Assembly (NCBI GenBank): GCA_001244265.2
Contig: CDLV01000006.1
Span: 1,984,001-2,048,000, forward strand
Direction: 5' to 3'
Length of the DNA: 64,000 bases
DNA from: Microbotryum violaceum
Taxonomy: Eukaryota
Both the position numbers and the translations under genes were made by a program. Every line of letters starts with the position of its first letter. Position 1 is the first letter of the stretch. Positions 62,615 to 64,000 of this stretch are shown in pieces. Under the pieces are notes generated by a model. That model ran no database searches. It saw nothing but the letters and a program-made list of their open reading frames with translations, and was not told the origin of the DNA.

Positions 62615-63712
62615 GGATTCCAGACTTCTGAAATACTGGATGTATCAGCTCACAACCAAGAGGGTAGCTCCTTGTAGTCTTTGTGATCAGCGCCGTATAC
62701 TCAGAATCTCCAGAGATGCCGTGAGAAGTCAGTTATCACCGTCGCAAAGTCAGGCGCCTATCGCTACTGAAGCGAGGCCCAGTCGAAAGCGAGTGAGAGT
62801 ATAGACCGCAGTGTATTACCATAAGAAACAGACCAGCACGCCTTCGACTTGTAGTAATATCGAGACTTTTGACTTATGTCAGACTCAAATGGTCGATCTA
62901 TCTATCGCATGTAACTCGGCTGTGTCCGGGCCTTTTGCAGAGGCCACAGCTCGTATCGCGCTTGGCCCGCTCGTCCGCACCCCGGATCCTGCGCTTGAAC
63001 GGACGTCCTGTACGCTTAGGTAAATGTGGCGGAATGATAATGGCACCCTCTTCTTCGCCAGTTGAGTCACTGTCGTCGTGACCTCATAATGCTCACGAGG
63101 AATACGATGCAGAATCCATTGCGACCGACTCAGGTGGAACAGGTTGGAGCGGTGTCGCGTGAATCTGCTCTTGCTGTCGCCGGTGTGTAGCAGCGATTGG
63201 CAACCGTGGGATTCGTCGAAGACAGTGACGGTCCAAACACTGCCTTCTCCTTTGGGAACAGCAGTGGCAGAAAAGGCGCCTGGAGGATCTTGGACACTCT
63301 TGGACACAACGTGCCAATGACGCGTGTCAGACTTGCGAACGTCGAGCTGAAACTGCAGTGGTGATCAAGGCATATCGATCGCCTGCATCCGTGAGCTCCT
63401 TCTTTTCGTAGAATTCGTAGAAATTCCCCCCTTCTTGAAACGATGTTCCGTTGTCGAAAGTCGGTGGTGACTTCGGTGTCGTGGCGAGAATGCGCAAGGA
63501 GGCCAACTTGCACGTCACTGTCGATTCGCGAACTCGCGCGCCTCGACGCGTCGTCGATCGATGAGCTCGAGGCCGTTGACTTTGCGACGCTGATAACTGA
63601 CTTCTCACGGCATCTCTGGAGATTCTGAGTATACGGCGCAGATCACAAGACTACAAAAAGCTATCGTTTTGGTTGTGGTTGATACATCAAGCATTACAGA
63701 AGTCTGGAAACC
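62615..63712 (-). mobile_element. MULE/MuDR deletion derivative with long TIRs
   Basis: About 135-bp inverted repeats at 62615-62752 and 63577-63712. Inside: MuDR N-terminal Zn-finger end (VWTVTVFDESHGC) close to the C-terminal PP..GRP..RIRG.DE..CGLCKRPGHSRVTC* (stop 62898). No target-site duplication found. Confidence 0.75.
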
Positions 63713-64000
63713 TTTGAGTCCAAATTATAATATCATGCGACAGTACAGAGAATTACTACCTTTCCGAGGGCATCATTGTCCTTTGAGAAGCGCATATCTG
63801 TCCTCATGAAAAGAAGCGAGGTCATTTTTGTCCTTTTCTCGTTGCAGATTGACGGTCTCTCGTGCACCCCTGCCGGCCCACAAGCTTTTGTTCAGGGCAC
63901 TGCTATCATAATTTTAGTCTTCTCAAGGGACTCCCCTATGACCGGTGACAGGCCAAAGTTGTCACATGCCGCAGTTTTCCGACAAGACTGAGCGCAAAGA

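Overview
This is eukaryotic, intron-rich, GC-rich fungal DNA. The intron style, gene content and TpCpG-biased decay of repeats suggest a basidiomycete of the Pucciniomycotina (Microbotryum-like); that assignment is an inference. Host genes, in order: a large EF-hand-like/annexin/coiled-coil/tail-anchored KASH-like protein, mitochondrial uL23, cytosolic Asn-tRNA synthetase, a four-RRM Mrn1/Nrd1-type protein, TRAPPC11, a Ser-rich orphan, a mitochondrial carrier, SEN34, HSP104, a flavin monooxygenase, a PX/PH-less phospholipase D, an MFS transporter pseudogene, AP-3 sigma and SPC1. Between them lie six transposon relics: a tyrosine-recombinase (DIRS/Ngaro-type) retroelement carrying a nested, RT-less Copia with 189-bp LTRs and a CAGTC target-site duplication; a Harbinger with a CTG duplication; a deleted Helitron; a possible KDZ relic; and a deleted MULE. 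The most notable observations are: (1) a single gene that appears to embed an annexin core in a Kms1/KASH-like nuclear-envelope protein; (2) two genes whose start codon is split A|TG by an intron; (3) a clear TpCpG->TpTpG hypermutation signature that inactivated the Copia. All exon models were read by eye and are unverified by RNA or database searches.
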